From the IMG/VR virus record IMGVR_UViG_3300025437_000011, positions 1-64,000 of that record: a stretch of DNA of 64,000 nt; one strand, given 5' to 3'. The position numbers were made by a program, and so were the translations under genes. The number at the start of each line of letters is the position of its first letter. Positions within the stretch are counted from its first letter, which is position 1. The notes beneath the pieces were generated by a model, which ran no database searches, was not told where the DNA came from, and saw only the letters and a list, made by a program, of their open reading frames with translations. Positions 19,471-29,475 of this stretch are shown here, piece by piece. The stretch comes from a virus.

Positions 19471-22400
19471 ATGTCTACAACCGCAGAAGTCAAAATTTCA
19501 GTAGATACAAGTGCAGCAGAGCGCTCTGTAGATGCTTTGTTTAAAAAAGAACGCACGTTAAATGTAAATGTTAAGGGTGGCCAACCACTAGGAAGAATTA
19601 CCGGAGATTTAAGCGAGTTTGATAAGTCAATGGCGGCGGCCAATGCGCGTGTTATCGCTTTCGGTGCTAGTGCTAGTGTTGTGTATGGAATTGAAAAGGC
19701 TTTTCATTCACTGATTGATTCTACTATTGAGGTACAGAAGGCACTAAATCAAGTTCAAGTTATCCTAAATGCTTCGGATAATCAAATGACTAAATTTGGT
19801 TCAAGCTTATTTAATGTTGCAAAACAAACCGGACAAACTTTTGAAACTGTTGCAGAGGCGGCAACCTTACTTTCTCGTCAGGGATTAGGAATGGAGGAAA
19901 CTCTAAAAAGAACAAATGATGCTCTGGTTCTTTCTCGTATTACTGGCATGGATGCGGCAAAGAGTGTTCAGGCACTAACTGCGGCTGTTAACTCGTTTAC
20001 TTCACAGGCCGTAACTGCTACTGAAGTTGTTAATAAATTTGCTACAGTTGATACGCAGTTTGCTATCGGTGCAAAAGATTTGCCAGAAGCTCTTGGCCGC
20101 GTTGGATCTTCTGCGGCTCAGGCTGGTGTTTCACTAGATCAACTTATTGCGCTAGTTACTGCAGCACAGGTTGCCACGGCTCGTGGTGGTGCAGTTATTG
20201 GTAACTCATTCAAAACAATTTTTACAAGATTAGATAGACCAAAAACCCAAAGCTTATTGGAGAGCATGGGTATTAAGACTACAGATGAAAATGGTAAAAT
20301 CAAGGGAACAATTGAATTACTACAAGAACTTGCCAAAAGCTATGATACATTAAATAGAACCCAACAGGCTCAGGTAGCAGAAAAGGTTGGTGGCGTTTTC
20401 CAGATTAACATTTTAAAGGCAACTCTTGCCGACTTAAATAGAGAATATTCTGTTTATAATAACGCATTAAGGGTTTCTCAGGGCGCAACTGACGATGCGT
20501 ATAAAAGAAATGAGGCCCTAAATCAGACTTATTCTTCACAGTTAAATGCGCTTAAATTAAATGCTACGCAATTAGCGGCCACGGCTGGCGAATCTTTGTT
20601 TGGCCCATCCATGAAGAAGTTGATTGGTGGGGGCAATTCTCTTCTTGGGGGTTTGAATGAAGCAGATTCAAATAGTGTCGGCTCAAAACTGGGTAAGGGT
20701 ATTATGGATGGCCTTGGTCAGTTTATTGCCGGGCCGGGTCTAGCTTTAATTGGCGGTGTTTTAGTTAAGCTATTAGCGGACTTTACAAAATTTGCGGCAA
20801 GTGGGGCGAAAGATTTATTGGGTCTAAATAATGCTGCCAAAGACCAAGAGGCGCTACAAAAAAGTATAACAGAAATTTTATCCAAAGACCCTTCAATTTA
20901 TAAACAGATTGAAAGTGGTGCTGCAAGTGTTAATGAGGTTGCGACTAGACTATTGGCAAATTTAAAATTACAGACGGTAGAGCTTGAGTTACAATCAAAG
21001 CTTTCTGCCGAAATTGCCGCTCAAGCATACGGCGGGGGCGCAAGAATTGGACCGGGTGGAGTTCCAAGAGTTAAAGCGGCTGGAGGCTATATTCCGCAGT
21101 TTGCCGAAGAAGAGTCGATGGCGAGAAGTATGGGTGCTGGAAGTGATGTTCGTGCAATGTGGGGTAAGGGCACGATTGGTGGTCAGCCGTTCATAATGAA
21201 CAATAAGGAAAGGGAAATTCCAAATTTTGGTGGTAGTGGTGACTCTGCTGTTATTCCTAGATATGCTGGCGGGTGGGTTCCAAATTTTGCTGATTATAGA
21301 TTAGAAATAAATAATCTGGGAAAAGGGGGTGCAACTTTAGCTAAGTTAATAGGGATTGATGGGGGAGGCACTCCTTGGGGCGACAAAGGTACAAATATTA
21401 AAAGTGCATTAGATCAGATTAATAAGGGAAGGTTTAAAATTAGTGATGGCGATATAGAAAAACTAAAATCACTAAAAGATAGTCAAGTTGCAAATAGGCC
21501 ACCCACAGAGGTAAAAGATAATGGCGAACCTGGTAGTATTACGGTTTCTGGGGGGCAGGGCGGTAGTGAAAAAACGGTAAATTTTGATAATTATGATCTT
21601 GCTAATATAGATGAAACAATAGCAAGTAAGTATGGTGTATTTACCCCAACTGGGGGGCAAGTCGGCATCCAATCAAAACAAAGGGTTAGTGAAATTTCTC
21701 GCCTAAAAGGCTTAAGAGTTACAGGACATTTAGTAACTAGGTTGCCAGGTAAATCAATCTTTCCCCTAAATATTCCTGAGGGTGATTTTGATAAAGTCAT
21801 GGATCAAGCTTTTTATCCTCCTGTTAGACAGGTTGCAGGATTGGTTGCGAAATCATTTCAACCAATTGGAAAAAAAACGTCTCAAGAGGCAATTATTAAA
21901 GGTATTGAGGAGAATGTTCTTACTCCAGCGGTAAAGGGAAGTCTTTTTGAAAAAATTCTAGGAGCAGCCTCTGTTAAATCATCTGAAATTTTTGCTAAGT
22001 CAAATGATATTAAAAAAGATCAAGATGCTTTTGATTATGATCCAATTGCAAATTATCCGTATTTACAAAAGGCACTAAACATATCGGTAGCTGGTGAAGC
22101 TAAAAATTCATTAGACGCAGCTCATAATCTTCCAGGAAAGATTTTAAGAAAAGATTCTGCTGTATTAGAGGCTTTAAAAACCAAGATTTTAAAAGCAACC
22201 GAACCACAGAAAAAGGCGGCTGGTTATATTCCAAATTTTGCCGACGCGCTACATGAATCCATTGCTCGTGAAATTGGCGCTGGAGCGCCGAGTGGCGGAA
22301 TCTACGTTAAACAGTATTCTGAACTCGCCGGGGCTAATAACCCGATGGGATTGGGCGTTTTTAACTCTCGTGATGAGGGTTCACCATCAAAAGAAAGGGG

Positions 22401-25400
22401 CGCGATTCGCCGCAAGGGTTATGCCGCTGGATATATTCCTAACTTCGCAGATGACAGTTCTGGATCTAATTCTTCATCTTATGCAGCGGTCGGTATTGAG
22501 CTTTCTGGACTTGCTACCATGTTGGCGTTTGGTAGTAATGGGATTAGAGAAGAGTATCGAAAACAAATTCAGACTATTTCTGCAGCAAATAAAAATATTT
22601 CCGAAGGATCTTTGAAGCTTAAGGCTGGACTTGCCGCAGGAGGATCTAATATTGCTCTGGCCGTTTCTACTCTGGGGCCAATTATTACTAGCACGATTGC
22701 TAATAATATAGACCAATCTACAAAGTCTGGAAGAGGTTCTGCATCAGCCACTAAGGGTATCGGAGATATTTTAAGTTATGGCGGAACTGGTGCAATGATT
22801 GGAACAGCTATTGAGCCGGTCATAGGAACTGGAATTGGTGCTGTTGCTGGCGTGTTAGTTGGTTTAACTACAACAATTATGGATGTTGGTAATCAACTAA
22901 AAACTGATATACCAGAATTAGAGGCAGCATTTAAAAAAGCTAGTGAAAACCAAACTCAAATACAGCAGCAGTCTACTAATATAATCCAAACTGCAACTGA
23001 ATTAAAAGAATTAACAGAAGCTAATAAGCCTGAAAATGCTGAGAAAATAATTGCAACAAAAGCAAAACTAACCGAACAGATTTCTTCATATACTGGATCA
23101 GCAGATAGGGCCACATTAATTAGTGATTCCGTAGGTAATATAGAAAAATTAGTAGCAGATTTTGCAAAAGATAGAAGAAATTCAGCAGACCAAACCGCCA
23201 AAGCTAGAGCAGAGGCGGACGTGGCTGCCGAATTAAATAAGGGAAAATTTTCTGGGCCATTTGGTGGTGGTGTTGGCATTACTAATTTTGAAAAAACTGC
23301 AGCGCTTGGGAATAGGGAAGCTATGGCTGGGGTTAATATGACTGTAGAAAATATACAAAAAAGACTAACCATTCTTGATTCTGCCAGTCGTGCAAATGAA
23401 AATAGCTCGCTAAGTGTTAAAGCTGTAGCCGAAATTGCTGGAATAAGTGGAGTAAATTTTGAAAATTTTAAAGATCAGTATGAAACTCAGGCCCAACAAA
23501 GAGCCGCGCTTGCCCTATTAGTTCGGGATGAGATTAACCAAAAGCAAGAAGATCTGAATAGCGCCCAACAATTAAATAAACAACAGCAGGAAGCTGCGGA
23601 CGCGGCTGCAGCTGCGGCTGCTGCCCAGCGTCAAATTGTTGAAAAAGATCGTAATTATGTAGCGGCTTTAGAAGAGGCGATAAAAGCTGCGAAGTTTAAT
23701 ATAAGCTTTGGTCAAGAGCGTAGGGTGGCTAGGGCAAACCAGATTGCCGAAATGGGATTTGGTGGGGCGGGACTACAAGATCAAATTGCCAATATTTTTA
23801 GTGGAACCATTGGTAAGGCACGGGCAGAGGCGCCGTTAGATTTGGAGCAAGAAATTTTAAAGTCCATAGGAAAAGAGGGTAATCCAGCTAACTTAACAGA
23901 TGAGAAAATGAGGGCAATTATGTCCGAGGCGCTTAAACCGGAAAATACGAAAGGAGGCGTATATAATGCAAATGCTATAGCTAATAGTATTGGCGCGTCT
24001 GAGGAATTTTTAGCGGTGCATTCTGAAGATAAAGATAAGGGTCTTAAAGCAATATCAGATTTACAAAAAGCCATTGAAGAGGGTAAGTCAAAACTATATG
24101 ATGCACAGCGCGAAGCCACTACTCTATCTGCTCAAAAAATTGATGAATTAATAAGAGTTAATTTCGCTGGTCTAGACAGAGTTGGTGGAGGAATCGAGTC
24201 TGTACTGAGTTATAAAAACCCATCACAAACAGGAGATGATGTTGCCAAAGCAGTTAGGGACTATAATTTAATTTCGAATTCAAAAACTGCAAATTCCGCA
24301 GACATATCTAAAGCAATTTTAGATGTGATGGATAGCGTTTCAAAATTGACTGGTGGCGCGTCAGTAATGACTACAAGTGACCAACTATTTAAAGATTTAA
24401 CAGTAGGAATTAAAGACTCATTATCAAAGAGTTATGATATTGGAGAATCAAAGTTAATGAGTATGAAGGGTGGTGAAGGTATAGTTCGAGCTATTGAGAA
24501 AGATTTATTAGAGCGAACTGGGGAAGTTGATAGAAATAAGGCATTGGCTGATATTGCCGAATATAGTGAAGCAAAAAAACATAATGTTGAAGATACTACG
24601 GGTTTAGGATCAAGACTTTATAATCAAGTTCTTAACGAACAATTAGAAAAATTTGAAAGACTTTCTTCGAGAAATAATGCGCCAGAAATGACTTCTGATA
24701 CAAAGGCTGCAATAGAATTAGCAATTAAAAGTGGCGCGACAACGGGAGCAAAAGATGCAACTGCTGCGCAGATGATAGTTAGTAACGCACAGGATGCGAC
24801 GGCATTTAAGGATATTAATCAATTTCATAATGACTATAATACTAAGACAGATAAGCAAATAGATTTACTAAGAAAGATAGCAATCAATACTCAAGAATCG
24901 GCTGCAGCTGGTAAACCTAGTACAACAGTAACCGTTCCAAGCTCGCATGCTGCTGGATATGTTCCTAATTTTGTTAACTCTACCATTGAAGAATCTTTGG
25001 CTCGTTCATTGGGCGCTAAAAATCCGCGCGCACATTATGGAAGAGGTCGAATAGGTGGAAAGCGTTTCTTAATGAATAGCGAGGAGATGGAGATTCCAAA
25101 TTTTGCAGGGGGGCCTGATTCGGCTGTTATTCCGATGTATGCAGATGGAAACCTTCCGCTCGAAATGATAGATTTAAGTAAAGTAAAAACTAAATTTGGT
25201 ACTTATTATAATCCAAAAAAGTCTGGCTTGGGAACTCGTGGAAAATTTAGTGGATTAAATTTTGGAACAGAAGAAATGTCGGAGTATGGCTATAATACTA
25301 CATATACCAAAGATATAAAAATAAATAAAGAGTTATTTAGTTCAAATTTAAGCTCCGATAAATTTTCTTTACTTGAAAAGTATACACCAGCAGAATTGCG

Positions 25401-27861
25401 TAGATTTGTAGCTGCACATGAAGCACATCATGCGAGTGGAGATATTAAAACTAAACCGATTTTAACAGAATTATATAATTCTAGTGAAACATTTGCAAAT
25501 TTTCAAGGGGGTTTTTCGGCACCTAGGGGCGCGAATGCCATACAAAGAATTGGCAGTGGAATTTCTGCTGTAATTGATTATTGGAATGATCCTAGAACAT
25601 TAGATCATTATGCAATGGCAAAATCAGAGAGATTTAAGAGCGCTAGGGGTCATTTATCTAGAATGACAGGCCCTTACGCGGATGAGTATTATGATTTAAA
25701 AAAACCACTTTCTGATACTGAGAAAAAATTACTGTATTTATTTAGTAAAAAATGGGCAGAATTCAATTCGGGTGGAAAAGGTGCATTTATAAATAGAGAT
25801 GCCAATCTTATTACGAATTTAGAGGAGTCTGCGGGTAAGATTTTATCTGGCAAAGCTTTGAGTAGTTTTTTGGGTAATAGTGTAAAGGGTGCCGGATTGG
25901 TGGCTGGAGATGTATTGGGATTATTAGGTAGTGTGCCGGGACAAATACTTGGTGGAGCGGAATCAATGGGGGACGCAACTGCAGATACATTTATAGAAAG
26001 AGAGCGCGACAGGCGGGAGAAGGCTCAAGGTGCGGCAATGGCAGCTGCAATCTCTAGGGAGATAGCTGGCGGCGCTCCAGCTTCTTCTATCTATACAAAA
26101 TCATGGGATCAACTTAAAAATCCATTGAACCCTATGGGTTTGGGGGTATTCAATAGTCGTGATGAGGGGTCTCCTTCTTCGGAATTAAACGCTATTATTA
26201 AAAAGGGTTATGCGGTCGGGCATATTCCTAATTTTGTTAAAGAGGATGAGGATAAAGAGGAGGCGGCTAGGAGAAAAAAGGTTCAGGAAGACCTCGCAGA
26301 TTATGGGAAGTGGGATACCACTCAGGAGACCGCATTTCTCTTCCGCGGGCGACAAGTCATATTTGAGAAAGCGGCGGAAAAGCGTGACGTCGAACTTATG
26401 AAAGAAGCGGACAAACAAATGTCTGATGAATTAAATAAGGGAAAATTTTCTGGGCTTGCCGGATGGCTTGGTATGGGTACTGGTATTGATAATGTTGAAA
26501 AAGTTGCAAAAATTGGGAATAGACGAGAAATGGCTGGAATTGCTCCGACTGTGGAAAATATACAATTAAGACTAAAAAAGCTAGAATGGGTAGAGAACAT
26601 GTTAAATATCATAGACGAGGTCAAAAAAGATAATCCAAACGCGTTCAGCGGGCGCGACGGCGCGCAGCGAAGGGCCGAATTCGATATCGGGGGGGAGGCA
26701 AGGGGGCTTGGATTGAATGCTAAAAATAATATGAATTTGGCACGTCAGAAAGGATCTGATCATGAATATTTGACCGAACTGAATCTATTGCTTCAAACCG
26801 AGATCCTACAAATGCAAAAACTCTTGGATGAAACTGAAAAGAAAAATAAGGATGAGAAGCAGAGACGGCCTTCAGTATCTACAACTCCACCGTCAGCCGG
26901 GGTGGCGGGACGACCTTCGATATCTATAACTCCACCGTCAGCCGGGGTGGCGGGACGACCTTCGATATCTACAACTCCACCGTCGAGCCCTTCAACATCT
27001 ATAATACGAGATGCTATAACAGCGGCCTCGCTACCAACCACAAGCGCTGTACAAAGTAATATTCCCGCGAGTGTTTCAGATAAAGATGCGGCTAGAAACA
27101 CGGCGATAGATAATCGAATATCAGAATTACCAATAATACAAAATACGACACGAAACAGGTTACCACAGCATAAAAATCCGGAAGATTTTCCTTGGTCTCC
27201 TACTCAAGGTGGTCTACATTCAGGCAATAGGGCGGGCCGTCTTGGTTATCATATGGCGCATAGAAATGATTCTCAAATCGGCCCGGAAAGTCAAGAGTCA
27301 ATCGAAAATAGAGAATTACGTAATAAACGTTTCGAAATAGAACGCCTGATGACGATTAGAAATCACGCTATGCAAACTGGTAATGTGGGTTTAGTTAACC
27401 AAATAGATACAAATAAGGGAGATTTAAATCAAGCATGGAAAGATATAAAAGATGAGGGTATAAGAAAAAGAAAAGAAAGAGAACCAGAGCCTGATGCATG
27501 GGTGCAAGAGGCGCGACAGGCGCGAGAGCAAAAGATGCAAGGTGCAATAGAAGACAAGGCGCGTAGATTTTTACAAGAAAGAGGCAGTCCAGAACAAATA
27601 GAAAATTTCAACAAAGCACATCCAGATAATAAAATAGAAAAAAATAATAGTGGAAAAACAGCGGGTGCTCATGTTCCTATTACAATTAATATAGCTAACT
27701 CATCTAAGGAGTTTGCTCAGGGTCTTGCGGCTCATGTTGAAAAGCATGCCAAGGAATATGTAGAGAAACATATGAGCCAAACAAAGCAAATTGCTGCGAA
27801 TGCCGCCAAAAAAGATAATAGTCTATACGGCCCACCAATGGGTAATAATAGAAATGTATAA
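19471..27861 (+). CDS. Tape measure protein with repeated modules and embedded enzyme-like domains
   Basis: 2796 aa; N-terminal phage minor-tail domain pattern (VAEAATLLSRQG, LGRVGSSAAQAGVSLDQL, GAVIGNSFKTIFTRL); glycine-zipper TM segment near 22780-22870. Confidence 0.85.
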   Translation: MSTTAEVKISVDTSAAERSVDALFKKERTLNVNVKGGQPLGRITGDLSEFDKSMAAANARVIAFGASASVVYGIEKAFHSLIDSTIEVQKALNQVQVILNASDNQMTKFGSSLFNVAKQTGQTFETVAEAATLLSRQGLGMEETLKRTNDALVLSRITGMDAAKSVQALTAAVNSFTSQAVTATEVVNKFATVDTQFAIGAKDLPEALGRVGSSAAQAGVSLDQLIALVTAAQVATARGGAVIGNSFKTIFTRLDRPKTQSLLESMGIKTTDENGKIKGTIELLQELAKSYDTLNRTQQAQVAEKVGGVFQINILKATLADLNREYSVYNNALRVSQGATDDAYKRNEALNQTYSSQLNALKLNATQLAATAGESLFGPSMKKLIGGGNSLLGGLNEADSNSVGSKLGKGIMDGLGQFIAGPGLALIGGVLVKLLADFTKFAASGAKDLLGLNNAAKDQEALQKSITEILSKDPSIYKQIESGAASVNEVATRLLANLKLQTVELELQSKLSAEIAAQAYGGGARIGPGGVPRVKAAGGYIPQFAEEESMARSMGAGSDVRAMWGKGTIGGQPFIMNNKEREIPNFGGSGDSAVIPRYAGGWVPNFADYRLEINNLGKGGATLAKLIGIDGGGTPWGDKGTNIKSALDQINKGRFKISDGDIEKLKSLKDSQVANRPPTEVKDNGEPGSITVSGGQGGSEKTVNFDNYDLANIDETIASKYGVFTPTGGQVGIQSKQRVSEISRLKGLRVTGHLVTRLPGKSIFPLNIPEGDFDKVMDQAFYPPVRQVAGLVAKSFQPIGKKTSQEAIIKGIEENVLTPAVKGSLFEKILGAASVKSSEIFAKSNDIKKDQDAFDYDPIANYPYLQKALNISVAGEAKNSLDAAHNLPGKILRKDSAVLEALKTKILKATEPQKKAAGYIPNFADALHESIAREIGAGAPSGGIYVKQYSELAGANNPMGLGVFNSRDEGSPSKERGAIRRKGYAAGYIPNFADDSSGSNSSSYAAVGIELSGLATMLAFGSNGIREEYRKQIQTISAANKNISEGSLKLKAGLAAGGSNIALAVSTLGPIITSTIANNIDQSTKSGRGSASATKGIGDILSYGGTGAMIGTAIEPVIGTGIGAVAGVLVGLTTTIMDVGNQLKTDIPELEAAFKKASENQTQIQQQSTNIIQTATELKELTEANKPENAEKIIATKAKLTEQISSYTGSADRATLISDSVGNIEKLVADFAKDRRNSADQTAKARAEADVAAELNKGKFSGPFGGGVGITNFEKTAALGNREAMAGVNMTVENIQKRLTILDSASRANENSSLSVKAVAEIAGISGVNFENFKDQYETQAQQRAALALLVRDEINQKQEDLNSAQQLNKQQQEAADAAAAAAAAQRQIVEKDRNYVAALEEAIKAAKFNISFGQERRVARANQIAEMGFGGAGLQDQIANIFSGTIGKARAEAPLDLEQEILKSIGKEGNPANLTDEKMRAIMSEALKPENTKGGVYNANAIANSIGASEEFLAVHSEDKDKGLKAISDLQKAIEEGKSKLYDAQREATTLSAQKIDELIRVNFAGLDRVGGGIESVLSYKNPSQTGDDVAKAVRDYNLISNSKTANSADISKAILDVMDSVSKLTGGASVMTTSDQLFKDLTVGIKDSLSKSYDIGESKLMSMKGGEGIVRAIEKDLLERTGEVDRNKALADIAEYSEAKKHNVEDTTGLGSRLYNQVLNEQLEKFERLSSRNNAPEMTSDTKAAIELAIKSGATTGAKDATAAQMIVSNAQDATAFKDINQFHNDYNTKTDKQIDLLRKIAINTQESAAAGKPSTTVTVPSSHAAGYVPNFVNSTIEESLARSLGAKNPRAHYGRGRIGGKRFLMNSEEMEIPNFAGGPDSAVIPMYADGNLPLEMIDLSKVKTKFGTYYNPKKSGLGTRGKFSGLNFGTEEMSEYGYNTTYTKDIKINKELFSSNLSSDKFSLLEKYTPAELRRFVAAHEAHHASGDIKTKPILTELYNSSETFANFQGGFSAPRGANAIQRIGSGISAVIDYWNDPRTLDHYAMAKSERFKSARGHLSRMTGPYADEYYDLKKPLSDTEKKLLYLFSKKWAEFNSGGKGAFINRDANLITNLEESAGKILSGKALSSFLGNSVKGAGLVAGDVLGLLGSVPGQILGGAESMGDATADTFIERERDRREKAQGAAMAAAISREIAGGAPASSIYTKSWDQLKNPLNPMGLGVFNSRDEGSPSSELNAIIKKGYAVGHIPNFVKEDEDKEEAARRKKVQEDLADYGKWDTTQETAFLFRGRQVIFEKAAEKRDVELMKEADKQMSDELNKGKFSGLAGWLGMGTGIDNVEKVAKIGNRREMAGIAPTVENIQLRLKKLEWVENMLNIIDEVKKDNPNAFSGRDGAQRRAEFDIGGEARGLGLNAKNNMNLARQKGSDHEYLTELNLLLQTEILQMQKLLDETEKKNKDEKQRRPSVSTTPPSAGVAGRPSISITPPSAGVAGRPSISTTPPSSPSTSIIRDAITAASLPTTSAVQSNIPASVSDKDAARNTAIDNRISELPIIQNTTRNRLPQHKNPEDFPWSPTQGGLHSGNRAGRLGYHMAHRNDSQIGPESQESIENRELRNKRFEIERLMTIRNHAMQTGNVGLVNQIDTNKGDLNQAWKDIKDEGIRKRKEREPEPDAWVQEARQAREQKMQGAIEDKARRFLQERGSPEQIENFNKAHPDNKIEKNNSGKTAGAHVPITINIANSSKEFAQGLAAHVEKHAKEYVEKHMSQTKQIAANAAKKDNSLYGPPMGNNRNV
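21076..26235 (+). repeat. Dispersed duplicated peptide modules A and B bounded by AG(Y/W/H)(I/V)P(N/Q)F motifs
   Basis: Module A at about 21076-21290 and 24949-25150; module B (NPMGLGVFNSRDEGSPS) at about 22216-22449 and 26050-26235. Confidence 0.9.
26866..26985 (+). repeat. 45-bp tandem repeat, about 2.7 copies (RPS(V/I)S(T/I)TPPSAGVAG)
   Basis: Units start at 26866, 26911 and 26956 with near-identical DNA. Confidence 0.95.
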
Positions 27862-27869
27862 TTTTAAAA

Positions 27870-29450
27870 ATGGATTTCTCTAATGCAACATTATTAGCTT
27901 CTACTTGGAAGAATGATTTCCTTGGAGATACCCTGCGTTTTAATTCAACTCAAACGCTTAATATTGAGGGTTTTGTTCTTAATTTAAGGAATTCTGATGG
28001 TGTGAGCGGTATCCTAACTGGTGTGGCCGCCTTGGAATCTGGCGCTAGAAACTGGGACGCTATAACAATTAATGGTTATACTTTTGGTTCTGGTATAGTT
28101 GAAAGTTTTACTTTCTCAGAGGGTCGGGACGTTCAAACGAAAACTTATAATGCCACAATTCAAATCCCAAGAAGTGGAGACTTTAGTTCATTAACTGGAC
28201 TGTCAACTTATTCTGGATTATCCTATTCTAATTTACAATACTTACATGGTTTTACCGAATCTAGTAGTTTAGATCGCAATATTCAAAGAGAAACTTATTC
28301 ACAGAATATCAAGTTTAATATTAAAGCGCCATATAATTTAAGTGGCGTTGCAGTTGCAAAAACAGTCGCCCAGAACTTTTTTCAAAATAACTATTTAAAC
28401 TCGTTTATAGGAACACTCTATTCTGGCACGGCAATCAAGAATTTCTATACTGAAAGTTATGACTCTATAAATAATAACTTTGATTTTGCCAGAACATTTG
28501 AGATAAGTACCGCTGAAAATCCATCCTATTCATTGTGGAGGTCTACTTCTTTAGATTTTGACTTGGCTGGTATATCAAAAGTGACCGAAAAGGCAGAATA
28601 TTTAGGTCATACAACAAATCCATTTACTACTGTTTCGGCACAAGCTTATCAGGATATTGGTAATGCGTATTCTAGGTGTAACTCATTTTTTAGTGCTTAT
28701 AAACAAAATGGCGAGGCATCTTTATTATCGCAACCCATAATTAAGTCTATTACTACAAATCCTTTTGCCGCTACCCTTAATTATACCGTAGTCTTTTCAA
28801 ATGCTTTTAATATTCAATCCAATGGTTTTTGGGATTATACTATAGATATTACACAAACCCAAGGTGGAGTATATTTAGCGGAAGAAAAGGGTATAATAAT
28901 TGGATTTGGGCATATTATTTTTGAAAAATACAATAACGCTGTAAATTTGTGGGGCACGGTTCAGGGCGGCGTTGCGAGCAGATTAGCAACTAGCTCTTAC
29001 TATAACTCTCATCCTGGTGGATATAATCCACCATCAATAGCTATTAAATTGGCCGCTTCGTCTACTATATTAGATCAGGTTGAGGGTAAAATAGATTATA
29101 CTTTTAAGTATTCAAATCAAGATTCTATTTTGGCCACGACAAATATAAAAAAAGCAACGGTACACATCTCTCAGGAATCAAATAGACATTTGGCCACCTC
29201 TTTTAACATTTCTAACTATAAGGAAATCGTTCAGGTTCAGCCAAACTTGTTGCCAAATGTGCTTTCTTATGATATTAAGTTAAATGGTCAGGCCGCTACA
29301 GATATAAATACCTATCTGACTACGGCAAAGACATACCTTCCTGCTGGTACTAGTAATTCTAAATTTTTAACGTCAGTTGATTATAATTATAATCAATTTG
29401 AGAGAAGTTTTGGTTTAAATGCTACAATTACAACATTACCATCTAGTTAA
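27870..29450 (+). CDS. Putative tail tip/baseplate protein
   Basis: First gene after tape measure; beta-rich, T/S/Y-rich. Confidence 0.55.
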   Translation: MDFSNATLLASTWKNDFLGDTLRFNSTQTLNIEGFVLNLRNSDGVSGILTGVAALESGARNWDAITINGYTFGSGIVESFTFSEGRDVQTKTYNATIQIPRSGDFSSLTGLSTYSGLSYSNLQYLHGFTESSSLDRNIQRETYSQNIKFNIKAPYNLSGVAVAKTVAQNFFQNNYLNSFIGTLYSGTAIKNFYTESYDSINNNFDFARTFEISTAENPSYSLWRSTSLDFDLAGISKVTEKAEYLGHTTNPFTTVSAQAYQDIGNAYSRCNSFFSAYKQNGEASLLSQPIIKSITTNPFAATLNYTVVFSNAFNIQSNGFWDYTIDITQTQGGVYLAEEKGIIIGFGHIIFEKYNNAVNLWGTVQGGVASRLATSSYYNSHPGGYNPPSIAIKLAASSTILDQVEGKIDYTFKYSNQDSILATTNIKKATVHISQESNRHLATSFNISNYKEIVQVQPNLLPNVLSYDIKLNGQAATDINTYLTTAKTYLPAGTSNSKFLTSVDYNYNQFERSFGLNATITTLPSS

Positions 29451-29454
29451 AATA

Positions 29455-29460
29455 GTGTAA
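29455..29460 (+). promoter_or_regulatory. GTGTAA candidate late-promoter element
   Basis: In a 25-bp intergenic gap, 15 nt before ATG 29476. Confidence 0.55.
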
Positions 29461-29475
29461 ATTAATTAGGTACTT

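Noticed and set aside
21076-22449. Modules A and B as intein/Hint halves
   Set aside because: No N-terminal Cys/Ser block, TxxH or terminal HN motif.
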